Source of the DNA: Eledone cirrhosa
Taxonomy: Eukaryota
Assembly: GCA_964016885.1 (NCBI GenBank)
Contig: OZ024743.1
Coordinates: 152,272,001 to 152,336,000 of the forward strand
Direction: 5' to 3'
DNA: 64,000 bases
Every line of letters begins with the position of its first letter. Position 1 is the stretch's first letter. Of this stretch, positions 25,671 through 40,600 are shown piece by piece. The position numbers and the translations under genes are program-made. Under the pieces are notes generated by a model. That model saw only the letters and a program-made list of their open reading frames with translations. It was not told the DNA's origin and made no database searches.

Positions 25671-27910
25671 ATTCATAAATATGAGGCTCCATTGTAGAGA
25701 ATAAAGTGATAAACTGAAAATATCCTACAAGTTTGTAATATTGGAACTAATAAAATTTGTATTGAAGAGAAAGTTAATTTGTAGATAGAATTGACAAAGC
25801 ATATTTTAGAAAGAAATTTTATCAGCAGTTCAGAGCTAATATTTTTCATGATAATGAAAAATATCATGAAAATATCAGATTCAGTCTACAGTAATTGTCT
25901 GTCTCTTACACTTTCTCTGATATTCATATATTTCTTGGTTTATCAACTTTTCAGTGTACATTTCAGATATACACTTTTATTCTTCTTCTAGAATAACAAG
26001 AAATTTTGAACTACTTATGTCTTAAAAAGATCTTTTTGTCACTAGAAGAGTTATGTTACAAAACATTTTCCATGCAATAGTGCTGGTGTCATGAAAAAAT
26101 GCACCAAGTACACTATGGGTATTCAGCTGTAAAAACCATGTCAAAATTGAAATGTATGAATGAAACATGGTACTCCAGCACATATAGAAGAGAAGTGACT
26201 CACTTAAATCGACCAGTAACAACCTATCCATGTCATTCCATCATGAAAATCAGACATACAATCTTGAGGATAACTTAGGTGTGTTTATAATACCTACTTT
26301 TCATGGATAATCAATCAATTTTTTTAAATCTTTATTACCCAGTTATTAATCATAATCAATGCCCTATGAACTTGGGAAATTTTAGGTATTATACATTTTT
26401 CCCACTAAAACAGGGGTCCTTTTGTGGCAATGTTTTACAGAAGGATGCTTTTTTTGGCACCAACCATTTTAGCCATCACAGGGATGAGGTGTATCTCTTC
26501 TAAACTGTATACAAACAATAAAGTAATTTGTTTATTTTTTGTATCATCACAGTATTTATTTATTCTAATACAAAATTAGGTATTAAGTCAGTGTTATTTA
26601 AATATAAAAGTCAGTACTGTTTAAGTATAAACTCCTACCATATAGTTAATGTCTCCATCAGTAACAATGCCCATATAATATTGAACATTTTTATATTGAA
26701 CATTGTCACTTTTCTTAACATGGCGAATTCTCTTAACTGTTTTTAATAAAACTGCAGCAGAGAAAATGTTTGATGAATATGAAGATTCACTAAATTTTGA
26801 ATTTAACTGACTTGAGAAATATACTAGTTATGCTACCTTGTATTTAGTCTATTGGTAAAAGATGGATACATTTCCTTATAAATGTACAGTTAGTGAAGAG
26901 TTAATTAAATAGTAAAATTGTGGTTTAACTCATGCTCAGTTTCAATCCTTTTGGGTGAGATGAACCCTTTCTCTTTTCATTAAATGTGACATACAGGATC
27001 TGCATACAAACTCTTTGGAATACCTTATTACAAATTTCAATGCAAGGATTCATAAATATATAGGAAAGGGTTGGGTACCGAGTTTGGGTACCAGTTAAAT
27101 TTAAGATGTAGTGAATTATTATTTTAAACCTTTCAGCTGAGCTGAGATTCTGGCAACAGCAGTTCACCTAAATATAAATAGGTACCAAAAGCAGCTATAT
27201 TTTACTGGCAAGTACTGTATAACTGAAAACTATTTATCAGCTTCAAGGGGTAGGCTAATATCCTCCCATAGCTTCAGTATAAGAATGACATTAAAATTGA
27301 GGAGGATTTGTTACTGAAGTTGTACACTGCAACAACATTTTGTAAACAGCAGTGAATGAAAAAGAAAAAATAATGATAAATACAAGCTTAAACGTTGCCT
27401 GCTCACTTACTTTCACCTGATCTATAGGTTTTTATCTTTTGAAGTTTCCTGTTTCTAATGTACACTGGACTAGATAAATAATAAATGTTTCGAGGTATCC
27501 ATTTCAGATTTAGAATACTTTCCAAGACTGAATTAGCATGAATCATTATAATATCAATAAAATAACTATCAAAAGTTTAATAATGAAAGTAATAAAACAA
27601 AATCTTAGAACACATCTTAAGTGCTCAGTAAGTTTGTTGTTTTCATGGGTTTGACTGGATATTCTGAATCTAAATAATATAAATAGCTTGAAGCTTTTGA
27701 GGGAGTCAGTCACCCAGTGAAAATAGTTGCATCATCATCATTTTCATGTGCACATGTCCATGCTTGTATAGGTTGGATGAGTTTTTTCCAGCACAGCGTT
27801 CTTCCACCAGTCATATTTCTTTATCACCATCTGTGAGGTTCAGTGTCCTCACCACTTCTGCCTGTGTTTTAATCAGTCATTCGGAAGTTACCAAATTAAT
27901 TATAACTTAA

Positions 27911-28311
27911 ACCTTTTGCACCATATTTCTTATGGAATATTCTTCTTTAGTTCCTTTTGCTCTCTATAGATGAGAGATCCCCATCCCACACAAATACAAG
28001 TCCTGTCATGAGACTGCTCCCCCAAAAACATCCTTTATTTTCTTTTCATTAGTGATCAAAAGCCCAACGTTTGAACAACCGTTGTTGAGAGTAGTCGCCA
28101 TGTCTTGCATTATAGTCATGGTAATACAGTATAATCAGGAATTTGGTATGATTTAGTTATATAACTAATTTTACCATTATTAGAAATATAACAAAAAATT
28201 CTTAAATAACATTGTGATGGTAAGATTGTAATTTAAATATGAACACTTTTGAATAAGAGATTCTTTATTATGGAATCAAAGACAGTAGTAAACAGTTTAT
28301 TACCAAAAAGG
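27911..28311. mobile_element. Second TTAA-flanked MITE family (decayed)
   Basis: TTAA-ACCTTTTG...CAAAAAGG-TTAA; homologous bodies at 40690-40928, 52992-53302, about 11750-11900 and about 63100-63488. Confidence 0.6.
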
Positions 28312-29321
28312 TTAATTAATATTAAATTAAAAGATATCTCCCACTACCACTCCTTGTTGATAAATCCATAATATGATAACACAAGTTATTCATTAAACAT
28401 GTTAGCTCACATGGAATATTGTACAAATTAGAACTGTAATTGATCAATGTTGGTACGTCTTCCAAATATTCCCTTTTTAATTATAAAAGTGCTTACAGGA
28501 AAATGAAATTAAGTTAGATATATTTTGAATCAAGAAATACTTGCAGTCATAAAACAAATTTATAATCAAAAGACAATGGAACAAAGAACAGTCAAGAGCC
28601 ACCAAATATTGAGAATTAATAACTATGTCTTCAGCATATTGCTACTTTAATATAATTATCAGATTCAATGATAAATATGTGGTTACTCTTTAATCAAATT
28701 ATAAATCAAAGACTAGAAATAGTTTTACCAAACCTATATGTATATAACTATATTACATATATGATAGCAAAATGAGAATTTCTAGTATTACTAAAACATA
28801 ACTAATGTTTTTAGAGATGCAGGTGTTTTTATTTAATAGAGTGAAGTGATATATAATACTACATACTGATACAGTTTCAGCAAGTATATGTACAGCATTA
28901 GTAACAGTGATGTGTGTATGTCAGTATGTACTGTGGGTTGATACATTTTCTCTGTTGGCAAAGACTGAATGATCTTGAAACTTTTAATATTTAGATAAAT
29001 TAAATTACATGTTTTGTAACTAGATGCCCTTTCAATAGCTAACTACATATGTGTGAAGTTGTTATGAAATCTGTTTTCAACTGAGAGGTCTAAACTAAGA
29101 ATAATGTGTCCTGCCTAAACATGCACAACAACCTGGTCATAGCAACAACCAAGTATTTTGAACTCATAATTACTATGCTACATATATTTGTGCATATAAT
29201 GTGCTTAAGGGTGCACAAGAATAATGATATGATTGCCTGTAAAGTGAGATAAGAAAATGTCAGTGCATAGAATAATATAAATGATATGTTTAGTACATAT
29301 TTCCACTCATGCATACATACG

Positions 29322-29353
<32 letters not shown>

Positions 29354-31490
29354 CATACACTCACAAGGAGATAATGTGTATGTTGCTATTATTAAATGTA
29401 TATGCATAACAATATTAATTATTGAAAATTTGAATATGGTAAGAAAGCTGTTTGACATTACTAACATAAGCAAATGCATATGAATATGCCTGCCAATAAA
29501 CAAATATGCAAATAAAATTGTATCAGTCTAAATATGGTTCTGTAGAATGGATATTGCTTTAATGTAAGCTACTATCAGTATTTTCCTGCAAGTGTGGTCA
29601 AGCATAATCTATTTTCTTTCAAATATAATCTATGAATGCTCCAGCTATAGACTTTACAATCACTTCATACAATGCCAAGTCACCTATATAAATACAGACA
29701 AAACATTTAAAGCAATATTTATAGAAAGCCATTCATAAATACTATGTAAAAAATGTTTTCATATAATTCAGAGAAACAATGACAAGTTAAATAAGAAGCC
29801 GTTTAAGCAAATGCTGAAAATTCAAGCCAGACAAAAAGAGTTGGATAAAAAATAGTAACTGGCAATGTCTATCACATTTGCACTGATGTTGTCACATAAT
29901 TCTTCATATTGAAAATAATAAGACATGAAGATTAATAAAATGTGTGTGACTAAAACAAATTATTTCTTTCTAGTTATTATATATCATTCATTTGAAAAGT
30001 CATTAGGTACGTATCCCCAGGCTCTGCACTGTGTTTCAAACAAAGACATATGACAGCCAATGGTTCTAACTGCAAACAAGTACCACAGTGATGTACAGAT
30101 GATTATTTTCTGCACCGGGAGAGCTGCATAATTGAAAGTAACTGATGGAGTGATAATCACTGGCTTTGTACAGTTTTCAAAGCAAAGTCAATGGTTCTAA
30201 CTGTATATGGTACCATGGGAATGTGTTAGTATAAGCAGCAAGAGTACTCTGTAGGAGGCAAGGGTTTCATTATCCTGAAACAAGGTGTGTTCAACAACTA
30301 TAGAATGGAATAACTTACACATTTGCGTTCTTTTATACAACTAAATATTGTCATAGTTGTTTACCCCCAAGATCAGCCATGATTGAGTAGACCTATGATC
30401 AAATACATTCCAGTCATGCTTTGGAGGTTTATGTTTACAACTCTCAAATAAAGTAAGTTAATTTTTGTTTTGTTTTTAGTCAGAGATATACAATGTGTCA
30501 TCATCTTTTTTTCAAAGATTTTATGATGATATATGAAAGATGTTAGGTTGCTATTTCATGTAGGTTGAACCACCACCTGGATGTTTCTATCTTGGTTTCG
30601 TAGGCTAAATGTGGTACTCTGCTATGGTTACTATCTCACCTATTATTATACATTATGTACATGACAATAGAGAATTGTATGTTATGCTTACAATTTTCAT
30701 CTTTCGAATTGAAAGGGATCTCCATATTATTGTGCAGATTCTATTCTAGTGTTTGTTATAAATAAAGAAATGATGGATTTGTTTTTGTGAAACTGTACAG
30801 TAAAGATCACAAAATTCTGTAGTCATTAAGAGGAAGGTTGAAAGCTATGTTGGAGAAATGGCGGGAATGTGAAACACTGTTAATGTCAAACATGAATCTT
30901 TCAAGTATTTTGAGAATGTAGAAAAGTGTTATATTTGTGGGAAGAAGTCTTGACATGGTTGGTTTTTCTTTTTAATGTAGTTTTGATATTACCTTGTTTT
31001 CATAGCCCTGATATTTGATTCTGTTGCTATGAATGGTTTAATAATATTTTTGTTTGCATAGTAAGTTCTTAAGGTTCTAAGAGTTTAGTTGTATGTATGT
31101 AATTACTGATTGAGATTCCTCAGTATTCAACATGAGCAGATGTTCTCTTAACAGATTCAAATAATAGATTTTAGACATAGAGCTATGTTTAGATTCATCC
31201 AAAACATTGATTTAAGCTATGTAAATAACAAGACTATACAAAACTGATTTTTCCCTCTCAAAGATTCAATGTCTAGACTGTTTTATTGGTGTACAGTATG
31301 TTTTAATAATGTAGAATGTCTATGATTAAGAGTGTAAAATGATATGATATGCTGTTAACATTACTGAAAAAGTAAAATGCATTAAAAAGCTTTGAATTAT
31401 GTAGCATTAATTTCCAATATTAAAAATGTAATATTTCTAACTAAAGTTTCTGTTATCTAATGTTTCAATCAGAAAGTCTATACTTTAGAC

Positions 31491-31682
31491 CAGTGTTTCT
31501 CAAATGGTGTTCTCTGGAACCCTAGGGTTCTGCAAGAGGTCACTAAGGGTTCCACTAGAAACAGTGATAAATAAGCTCTTAGATATGAGTAATGGTATAT
31601 AATAATTTTTATGCAGGGGTTCACTGAGACATGGAAACTATTCCAAGGGTTCCACAAGGGCAAAAATGGTTGCAAAATGCTG
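31491..31682. mobile_element. hAT (Charlie-type) MITE
   Basis: Ends CAGTGTTTCTCAA ... TTGCAAAATGCTG; perfect 8-bp TSD CTTTAGAC at 31483-31490 and 31683-31690. Confidence 0.9.
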
Positions 31683-34600
31683 CTTTAGACTGGTAAATCT
31701 TAGAAAGTTATGTTTTAAACACAATTTCAATGACTTATTTGCATCCTTGGGTTTTAATGAAACAGAAAACAAAATGATAATGTTTTATTTATCGATTATT
31801 CTCTCAGAATGAAATAAATAAAAGTCCATTGTAAAGAAAAAATATAAAATGAAATCTGTTGATTGATAGTGAGAAGAAAAATCTAATATTTTAGGTAAGT
31901 CCCCTCATAAATAAAACAGATGGATATAAAAAACAGTCTTTAAGTAGAAAGATTTTAAAAATTGAAGTGAAGGCACTGGAGATAAAATTGAAAGGTTGTC
32001 ACTTTTTTAAGTTTAGTCTAAAGTTTACTCCTCACATACCCTACTACTGCAAAAGTACCAGCACAACATGTTACAACCAATTTTTCCTTGCAATGAAACA
32101 GCTTACTTCATACCTTTTTTATTCTTATTTACACCTAATAATAAATATTATATTGTTATTTTTTTTTTTCAGTATTTATCTTCAAGTTGTTAAAAATTGT
32201 CTTTCACCATGATCTTTTAGATTCAGTAGTTACAGAATTCATAAAGACACCATAACACAGACTAGTGAGATGGATATAGTTAGTGTTCACTTTAAACTTC
32301 ATTAGGTAAATCCTCTCAAAACTATGTTTGTGATGAAAACATTGCCTAAGTTTTTCAAGTAATTTTGAAAATAATCAGAAATGTCAAAGGATTTAACAAC
32401 TTTCATAATTATTCTAGTATTTAGAGCATAGCCTAAATGCCTTTTCTATCTATGGTTTTTGATAAATAAAAAGATTTGAAATAAAAACAAGCTTCTATCA
32501 TAAAACCAGGACAGTTTCAGGCAGTTTTGTAACAAAAGGGTTAATGCCAATAAGAAAAACATAGGTAAAGAAATTCTTGAGGCTGCATTTTTACTCATGT
32601 TCCACATCTCACAGGTTCTATTCCTCCCCAGTGTTGCAGCCTCTGTAATTCCCTTCTTTCCCATGTTTTTCCTTTTGCACTAGAGAGGAATGAAAACTGG
32701 GACCTAGTGCATGAGGTACAATAACAATAGAAAAGCATGTCTGCTGTTTCATTGTCATTTCTATTCATGTACCAAGTGGGCTAGTGCACAGATAGTATTT
32801 AACTGATGTGATCAGAGGAGTAGAAGCTGCTATAACAACAGTAGTAGTGTGGAAAAGATGATACTGCTTGTACTAATGGTTGTAGCATGTTAATGAGTGA
32901 GTCTTTGCTAATTAGCTGGACAGCTGTCTCTTTGGTGCACTCTTAAAACAGAAGCAGGACAGTGAACTATGACAGCAATACTTCAATGTTTATTACATTT
33001 GATTCTAGTCAACTATTGATCAGGTCTGAAGTATTTTCCCCTCAAAGAGAAAGCCTAAACTCTGAGATATGTATATTTAGAAAGGTGATATATGAGAGGC
33101 CATCATAAAAGATCATTAGAGATTCTATGGCCTAACATTTGTAGCAATGCCGACGGTTTTAATTGTGTGTTATTCATTTATAGGTGGTAGATGTAATCTG
33201 TCAATCACTTTAACACTCCCAACTTATTCTTGGATGGCTTTAGTGGAGGTCACTTTGTTGCAAGTATTCAGACCAGATGTCTGGTTTGAAGTTAACATTT
33301 TCCCTCCTTTCTAGTCTCAGAAGTCCTGAAAAGATTTATGAACACTGTCCTCCTCCTTTGACTAAATAGTAAAAGAAATAGAAAGGATCTCGTGCAGATC
33401 TCTCCCTTTATGTGCCGTGATTGTGTCTTTATGCAATTGAGAAAGATGAGGTTGTCAAGCTTCTAACTGAATAATAGCACAGACCATTCTTTCAAATATA
33501 GCATATAGCCTTTTTTTTTAATGTAACCTTTTTTAAATGGAATCTATAATGTTTATAATTTAATATATTTCATTTTCAAATATATCAGAGTTACATAAAA
33601 ATAAACTTATATAACAGACACTAGAAATAAAGAAGTCAGACATACACAATTTTTTCAGAATACAAACAAAACTTACTCTCAACATTTGTAACTACTTTTG
33701 ATTAATTTCTTAATTTCCTGTATAATATATGAATGTACATACAGCTGTGAAGTAGTTATGTTTAGATGATGTTTATGGCGGTGTTAGTATTTGACTAAGG
33801 TGACTTATCAGTTCTTATTTTAAGACTGCAACATTTATCATACAGTTGCAAACTGAATCATAGAAAGAGTACACTTCAATACTGGGTATCTAATTACAAG
33901 TTTCTAGTCTTCCTTAGAACAAAAAAGCATTTTTCATGAGTTGTTTTAATTTTGTTATTCTAATATCACTCTGCAATGTTATCATTGAAACATGTTTGCT
34001 TTACTCATATTATGAACCAGAGTGGATGTTTATATGTGGTTGCTTGATCTGCTAAAAATGACAATCTGACAATCAAATCTTCTCAATTCATACCTTATGG
34101 TCTGACAAAAAAAGAATCACACATTAAATTACGCTTTCCCTGAAAAAAAGACTGTCAGGTCATTCACTTCCTCCTAAAATATAAATTTGATAGTCAAAAG
34201 AATGATTCAATATATAATAGACAGTGACTAGAAATGGGTGTAGAACAATCTATAGAAACTCAACTTGTTTTGGTCCATTCACTAAATGTAGTCTTAAATA
34301 ACTGAAGAAATTTTATAATCCTAAATAGTCTCTATTAAAAATGTTCTCAATTTTCAAGTATTCTCCCTCATTGTATTATTTGCATCTACCAGGGTAAACA
34401 AGCAAATTGTATGCAAATCTAAGATGCAAGTCTTTTTCTTTTTGCTTTAAATGGTAGTCTTAGTTTCCTCATGTTTTGTAAATAAAGTATAATTGTATAG
34501 CTGTTGCAAACTACATTTAGCTAAACTCATTCAAATTTCACAATAACAGATATTGATCAATTTTATTAATACTGATGAGATTCATTGCCCATGATCTACT

Positions 34601-37600
34601 TTTATATGTATTTCTCATTGCTTTGCTTTTACAGCAGCACAAACACCAGTTGGATTTAGTGTTCATTACAAACTAAAGATGCAGTTTATGTTTCATGTAA
34701 GCTATATTTATGCAATGGTATATTTGCTAGACATAAAAAAAATCTGGCCTACAACCAACTTTACAATTTGTAGCTGCCTGATACCAGAAGATAAAAATCT
34801 ACCAGGTGGCTTTGTGCTATGTAAACCAATAAAAACCATAACTTACATATTCTATTCTTTCTTCAGTTTACATATAAATTGATGCTAACAGTATCTGCCT
34901 TCATCTATCATCACCCAGTAGAAGATCATACAATCAATGAACACATTTGTTGTGATTTTTTTAGTGAGAGGATATCAATAGAAACTTGTTGAAAATACAG
35001 CAAACTTAGAAGTAATACCAAGTCAAACAACGAAAATAAAAATCCAATGATATTTTTCTATCATATAAAGAATTATTCATGAAGTATACTGGAAATTCAT
35101 GATTCCTCAAGCAGTACAATATTATTAATGTAGAAGAAAATTAAAAACTAAAAACAATGAAGGAAATGAAATTCATCAGACAGTTTTTTCCTTTAGTGTA
35201 AAAGGAGAGTATTTAATAGACTAGTATATATTTCTAGAATTAGCAAAAATTGGAAAAATTCATGCAGAATAATTTAAGATAAAAAAATAATAATAAAGAG
35301 ATTTTTATTTATATTTAAATACATGAACCTCTTTATAACATAACAAAAAAAATCCTAACGTTTACTTTCAATTAATTTTACTCAATATTTTTACCTTTTC
35401 TTTGTTAAGAAAATGATAAACAAAAGAAAAACCAAGTATATTTATTTAGGTAAAAATTAATTAAGTTTTAGTTTTTAATATTCCAAATATCACACAGAAA
35501 ATCGTTGGTAAGGTAGGATAATAATTACTTATTGAAATATTTTTAAAACTGAAGATAAAAAGCTAAGATAATGAAAGTGCACAAAATTATACAAATTAAG
35601 TTAACCTTAGAACAATACAAAAAGCTATATATTCATGTATATTGATTGATTACATAGTATATTAATGATTCATGTATTTCTGTAACTAATTATAACTCGT
35701 CATGTCTTACAATGTTTAATTTGATGTTAGCTAAAAAAAACTTTACAACTGATGCAACAATAAAAAGTTGTGAGTTAAGAGATTCTTATCCATGATTAGA
35801 TTCCTATAAATCACAAGTAATTTTTCACTATTAGTCTCTCTTTTGACAAAGAACAATGAAGCTTCTATACTTTAAGAGAAGGGATATAAGATAGTGTTAC
35901 ATTCATGTCTTTGCTATTTATAGCTGATCGTGTTTTACATTATTTAATTTGCTTTTAGCTAAAACCTTTACCACTTCATCAGTGGTAAAAAGTTTTTAGC
36001 TGATTTTCACATACATTATTATGAACCAATAAATCACAAATAATTTTCCAGTATTGGGCTCTTTGACTAAATAAAATATTTATTCTATATGTTAAATGAA
36101 GTGATATGATATATTATGACATTCATGCTTTTCCTAGAGTAATAATCAGTATAAGTGAACTAAAATTATGTAACTGTCTTGACCTCTCTTATAGTGTTTC
36201 TCACTGTTTTCAACAGCAACATTTAGGAAGGTAATAGAGTGCCCAAATAGTACCGCATTAGATAAATTGACATTTACAATTTTTATTTCCTTCCATTTAC
36301 ATTCTGAGTTCATATCCCACAAGGACTGAGTCTCCATATTCATACATTTTGAATTGGTATAAATATTGAAAGATAAATATGGTGTATATTACTATTTCTA
36401 TGACATACAAATCTATCATTTTAATCAAAGTTTACTATCCATTTTTCAAAGTTGGCATGGATTGGAAAGGTCTGTAGCCACTTATCTCAATCCTAAATCA
36501 CTGAATCCACAAAACGTGACATCCTAGAATTAGATGACACCATTTCCTCCCACATCTCCCTTTCATTATTGCAACCCATTTTGACATATCCCTACCTGCA
36601 CAGTTGTGTCTTCTGCACATATCAGCTGATACCTTTAATGCCCAGTTAGTTACTTTTTCAGCTCCAGCTCACTTTTGTTTTGCTATTACAGGAACCAATA
36701 GGTCATGCCTGTTTCATTTCTAGCTCACTCAGATTTTCCATATTTAGTACTATGTCACATTATATACAGTCTACCATTTGAACATAGAGAGAATCCTTGT
36801 TGTCAGCAGGCATAATAGATATTTGATCTTCTTACAATAATGGGGTTTCTAACTGAGTCATCAATCTGTTAATTTTAGGTTGTTTTATTTTATCTTAGAT
36901 GTACTCCACTAAAAACACCCAATTACTAGGTGAAAATGTTGAATCAGGTGAGGGATTAACTTTACAACCCAAGAAGAAAGTTGAGCTTACAAACAGTATC
37001 CATTTACCAAATTACACTCAAAAAGCTTTAGTCAACCCAAGACATTTGAAGAAGATTGTTACTCAAGGATTAATGCAATGAAATTAAATTAGAAGTAATA
37101 TAACGGCAAAATCAACTTAACCATACAGCCATAACTGCACCCACTCATGCTAAACACCACCAATTTGGTGCAACTAAATACTTTTGTACAACTATTACAT
37201 CTGATATCCTCATATCAGCTCCAGCCACATGTTCCATATTCAATATTTTGCAACTTAGACACAGACAAAGCCTGCTGATTCTTGGTTGAGTCACCTGCAT
37301 GAGTATATATCACTTAGTGACCTAAAGATACAATACTAAAAATATGTCTAAGTATTTGAATCCATAGATGTATGAAAAATGTTTACACTATCAAATCATA
37401 CTCACTATTTTGATTTTATAGTCTCAACTTCTGAGTCAAGAAATCTCAAAAATGTTTCACACTGTTATCCAGTTTATATAAAGTCAGTTTTTTTAAAAAA
37501 TGCATTTTGATAACTCATTATCAAGTGTAAGAGTTTAAAATTTCTGCTTCATTCAAGATGGTTATTTTTAGTCAAGAGATTTTATATCTCTTAACTCATC

Positions 37601-40600
37601 AAACCCTGATAAAATGAAGACATTTGTATCATTATTTTGTTCTCAAGTATCATGAATCTGTTAACGTAACATTTCAAGTGATAAACCATGCAAATACACC
37701 TATCTATTTCAACATATTCTTACATTTAACAATGCAAAATTTCAAACATTTATTCTTCTCCCTTGAAATAGACAAGTATTGCCATCCAAAATTAATTACT
37801 GTTCTTGTTATATATAACAGGTGACAGCATCTTTAAAGACTGCATCATCAAGATAGCTACAACTATATAAAAGAATTAGATTAAATTTTCAGAATTAAAA
37901 TGCAGTATAATGCAGCAATACAGTATAATTTCCACCAAAGGATGTTGCCTCTATCCCTCACATAACAAACCTGCCACAGTCATAAGACTATTAAGTCAAT
38001 CCAAACAAAATCTAACCACCTATTAAACAAATTCTCTATCACAAATTGCTTTAATCACTAGCATGCTAATATATTCAACTGCCAAATATAATGTTACTAC
38101 AACACCCCATACTCCTTTCTATTACTTTCTTTATATGACACATTTTCTTATATAACTGTAGCAATAAATCAAAACTCTCGATAACTGTGAATATTTCCTG
38201 AAATCTGACAAAAGATTTTCCTTTACATTAACATGTAGTTTATCATTAACATATTTTCCTGTACAAAAGAGATTGATATAAAGTAAATCACTGTAATATA
38301 ACGATTTGATGACTGCTGCTTCAAATCTCTTAGATTAAAGTAATTTCCCTTAATAGTAACAATAACACATATTTCAATCACAATGGCTTATCTACCACGA
38401 AGACAACATAATTGACAGTATTGAGAAGAGCCTTTTGAAAATGTTTGTATTGATTTTTAGGTTATTATTTAACTACATTTCAAAATCATGATATATGAGA
38501 ATAGCAATTAACAATTATTACAAAGATTTCTAGCTGAATAAACAAACAATAGATACGATCATAGAAACATGGATCATAATAAATACAATATTTTCCCTTA
38601 TTCCTGAGACCAAAAGGCTTGGATATCTGTTGGAATGAACTAAAGCCGAAGCAAGAATTATTCAAATGTTGCTCATGAGACAAATATCAAAGCAAGAGTT
38701 CATTATTCTAATTCATTAAAGTTACAAATCATATGGAAATAAATATACATTATTCTTTAGAGGAAAGAAAAATATATAATTTAGAGAAGGAAATATTTAA
38801 AAAATGGAAATTTTTCAAACAGATTTATATGAAACATACCATATTTCAATAAATGAATAAATAAAAAGAAAAGACATTGTTATTTTTCTTAATTATTAGA
38901 ATTCAATAAAATTAATAAGTGCTTCAACAGTGAACTATATATATCAATGTAGATAAAGAAATATACATATTTTCATTCATAAATGTATATGTGTGTGCGT
39001 ATATATATATATGAGTTAGTTCCTTTTCAGTAATTCTGAATATTTCCAGTTATAAAATAGAAAGTAAAAAATCATGATTTCATGTGGGCTATTCATTAAA
39101 CTAGTCAATATGTAAAAAATAAAAGTCATAAAAAGGTGACACTCCCACCCATTGATATAAATTTAGGAAGTTGTAGAATATTATTATCAAGATCATTGAA
39201 ATTTTATTGAAAAATATATTATAAGTATCTCAAAGTCATTTTGCAACTTCATTTTTATTTTTTGTCATATTTTATGGGCTTTATTCTAGGATTTTTTTTT
39301 TTTAACTGTAAAAAGTAATAACAAAAGGTTCCTTATATTTAAATCTAATCTTTTATTTATTCTTTTCACAGTTAAAAGAGATGCCAACTGGTGAGATCAA
39401 TGAGTTTAATATTCAGATTCAAAGTCTGTAGGTCAATGTCAACAGGAAAAATGTGGGTGGAGACAAAAATTCAAAAAATTGCAATTCATGAGGTGAAATG
39501 AATAAGCAAAGGGGGGTAGCAGTTTGCTATTTCAGAGAAGTAGAGACGATTGTGATAGCGCTAGAAGAAGCAGATAAAAGAAATACCATGTTTGATAAAA
39601 GAAATACCTTAGTCAGTCTTTCCACATTATCTAGATGGCATTTTTTTATACTTTATGCAGTCTATGATACCTGTGTATGTAGCAGTAGCAATGTGCCAGA
39701 TTTTTGAGAAATGTACTGATATGAATCCCCCTTGAGATTTGTAGAAAGTCAGTAACTCTTTAAACACCAATCCACAGAATCATAATTGTAACCTATGTTA
39801 GTTCTAAATAGATATTTACTTTACATGCCTCAGAGAATATTCTGCATGTGATTACAATTATTTGGTTAATGACTTTCAAGGCTGGGCTATTTAAAGATTC
39901 ATAGAACAGGAGAATTAATTTCTCTCTACAACCTTCCTAATTTTAAGTTCTATATTATAAATATTAGCACTGTCACTGCTTGGATTTGGTTTTGCTAGAT
40001 TTCCATAAGATCAGTAAAATGCTTCCAAGTTTCCTTTTATTTTTACAATTTATTTATATATTCATTCATTCATTTTTAGAAATCTCTAATGAAAGGCAAA
40101 CTGACTAGAAAAGAGATACATATCTGGTCATTACCTTTCTGTGATCTGCATAATTGTAATAATCTATGATAATATCATAATAAAGTTAACAAGGCTTCTA
40201 CAGTCCATTTTAAAGAGGTGTCCAAATATATGTCAACATACACAATATCAAAGATTAGTTGTCTGCAGTCATTCCAGCTTTAGGGTTTTGTGTTGATATT
40301 ATATTTTGACATCAAATGCCAAAAAGATGTTATCTTTTATTATTTCTTTCTTTTATATATATATTTTGTTTTCTATGCAGTATAAAAAAAGTCAGTCATC
40401 ATAATTTTCTATGTACCTGAATTGTAAATATGCACATGCTGAACAAGGGGAAGGCAGAGCTTTCACATCTGAGCCATTGAGAAAACAACTACTGCAAGTA
40501 TTCCCCCACCACCATTACCACCACTGTATTATATTCTCAGAATCATCAAGAAGGGATCCAACATTTTCCATTGGAGATAAGGAACAATGAAAATGTGTGT

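Noticed and set aside
32700-33450. Possible CR1/L2 or Penelope coding remnants (also 30600-31200, 36430-36830, 47990-48720)
   Set aside because: Only scattered resemblance; too decayed to assign.
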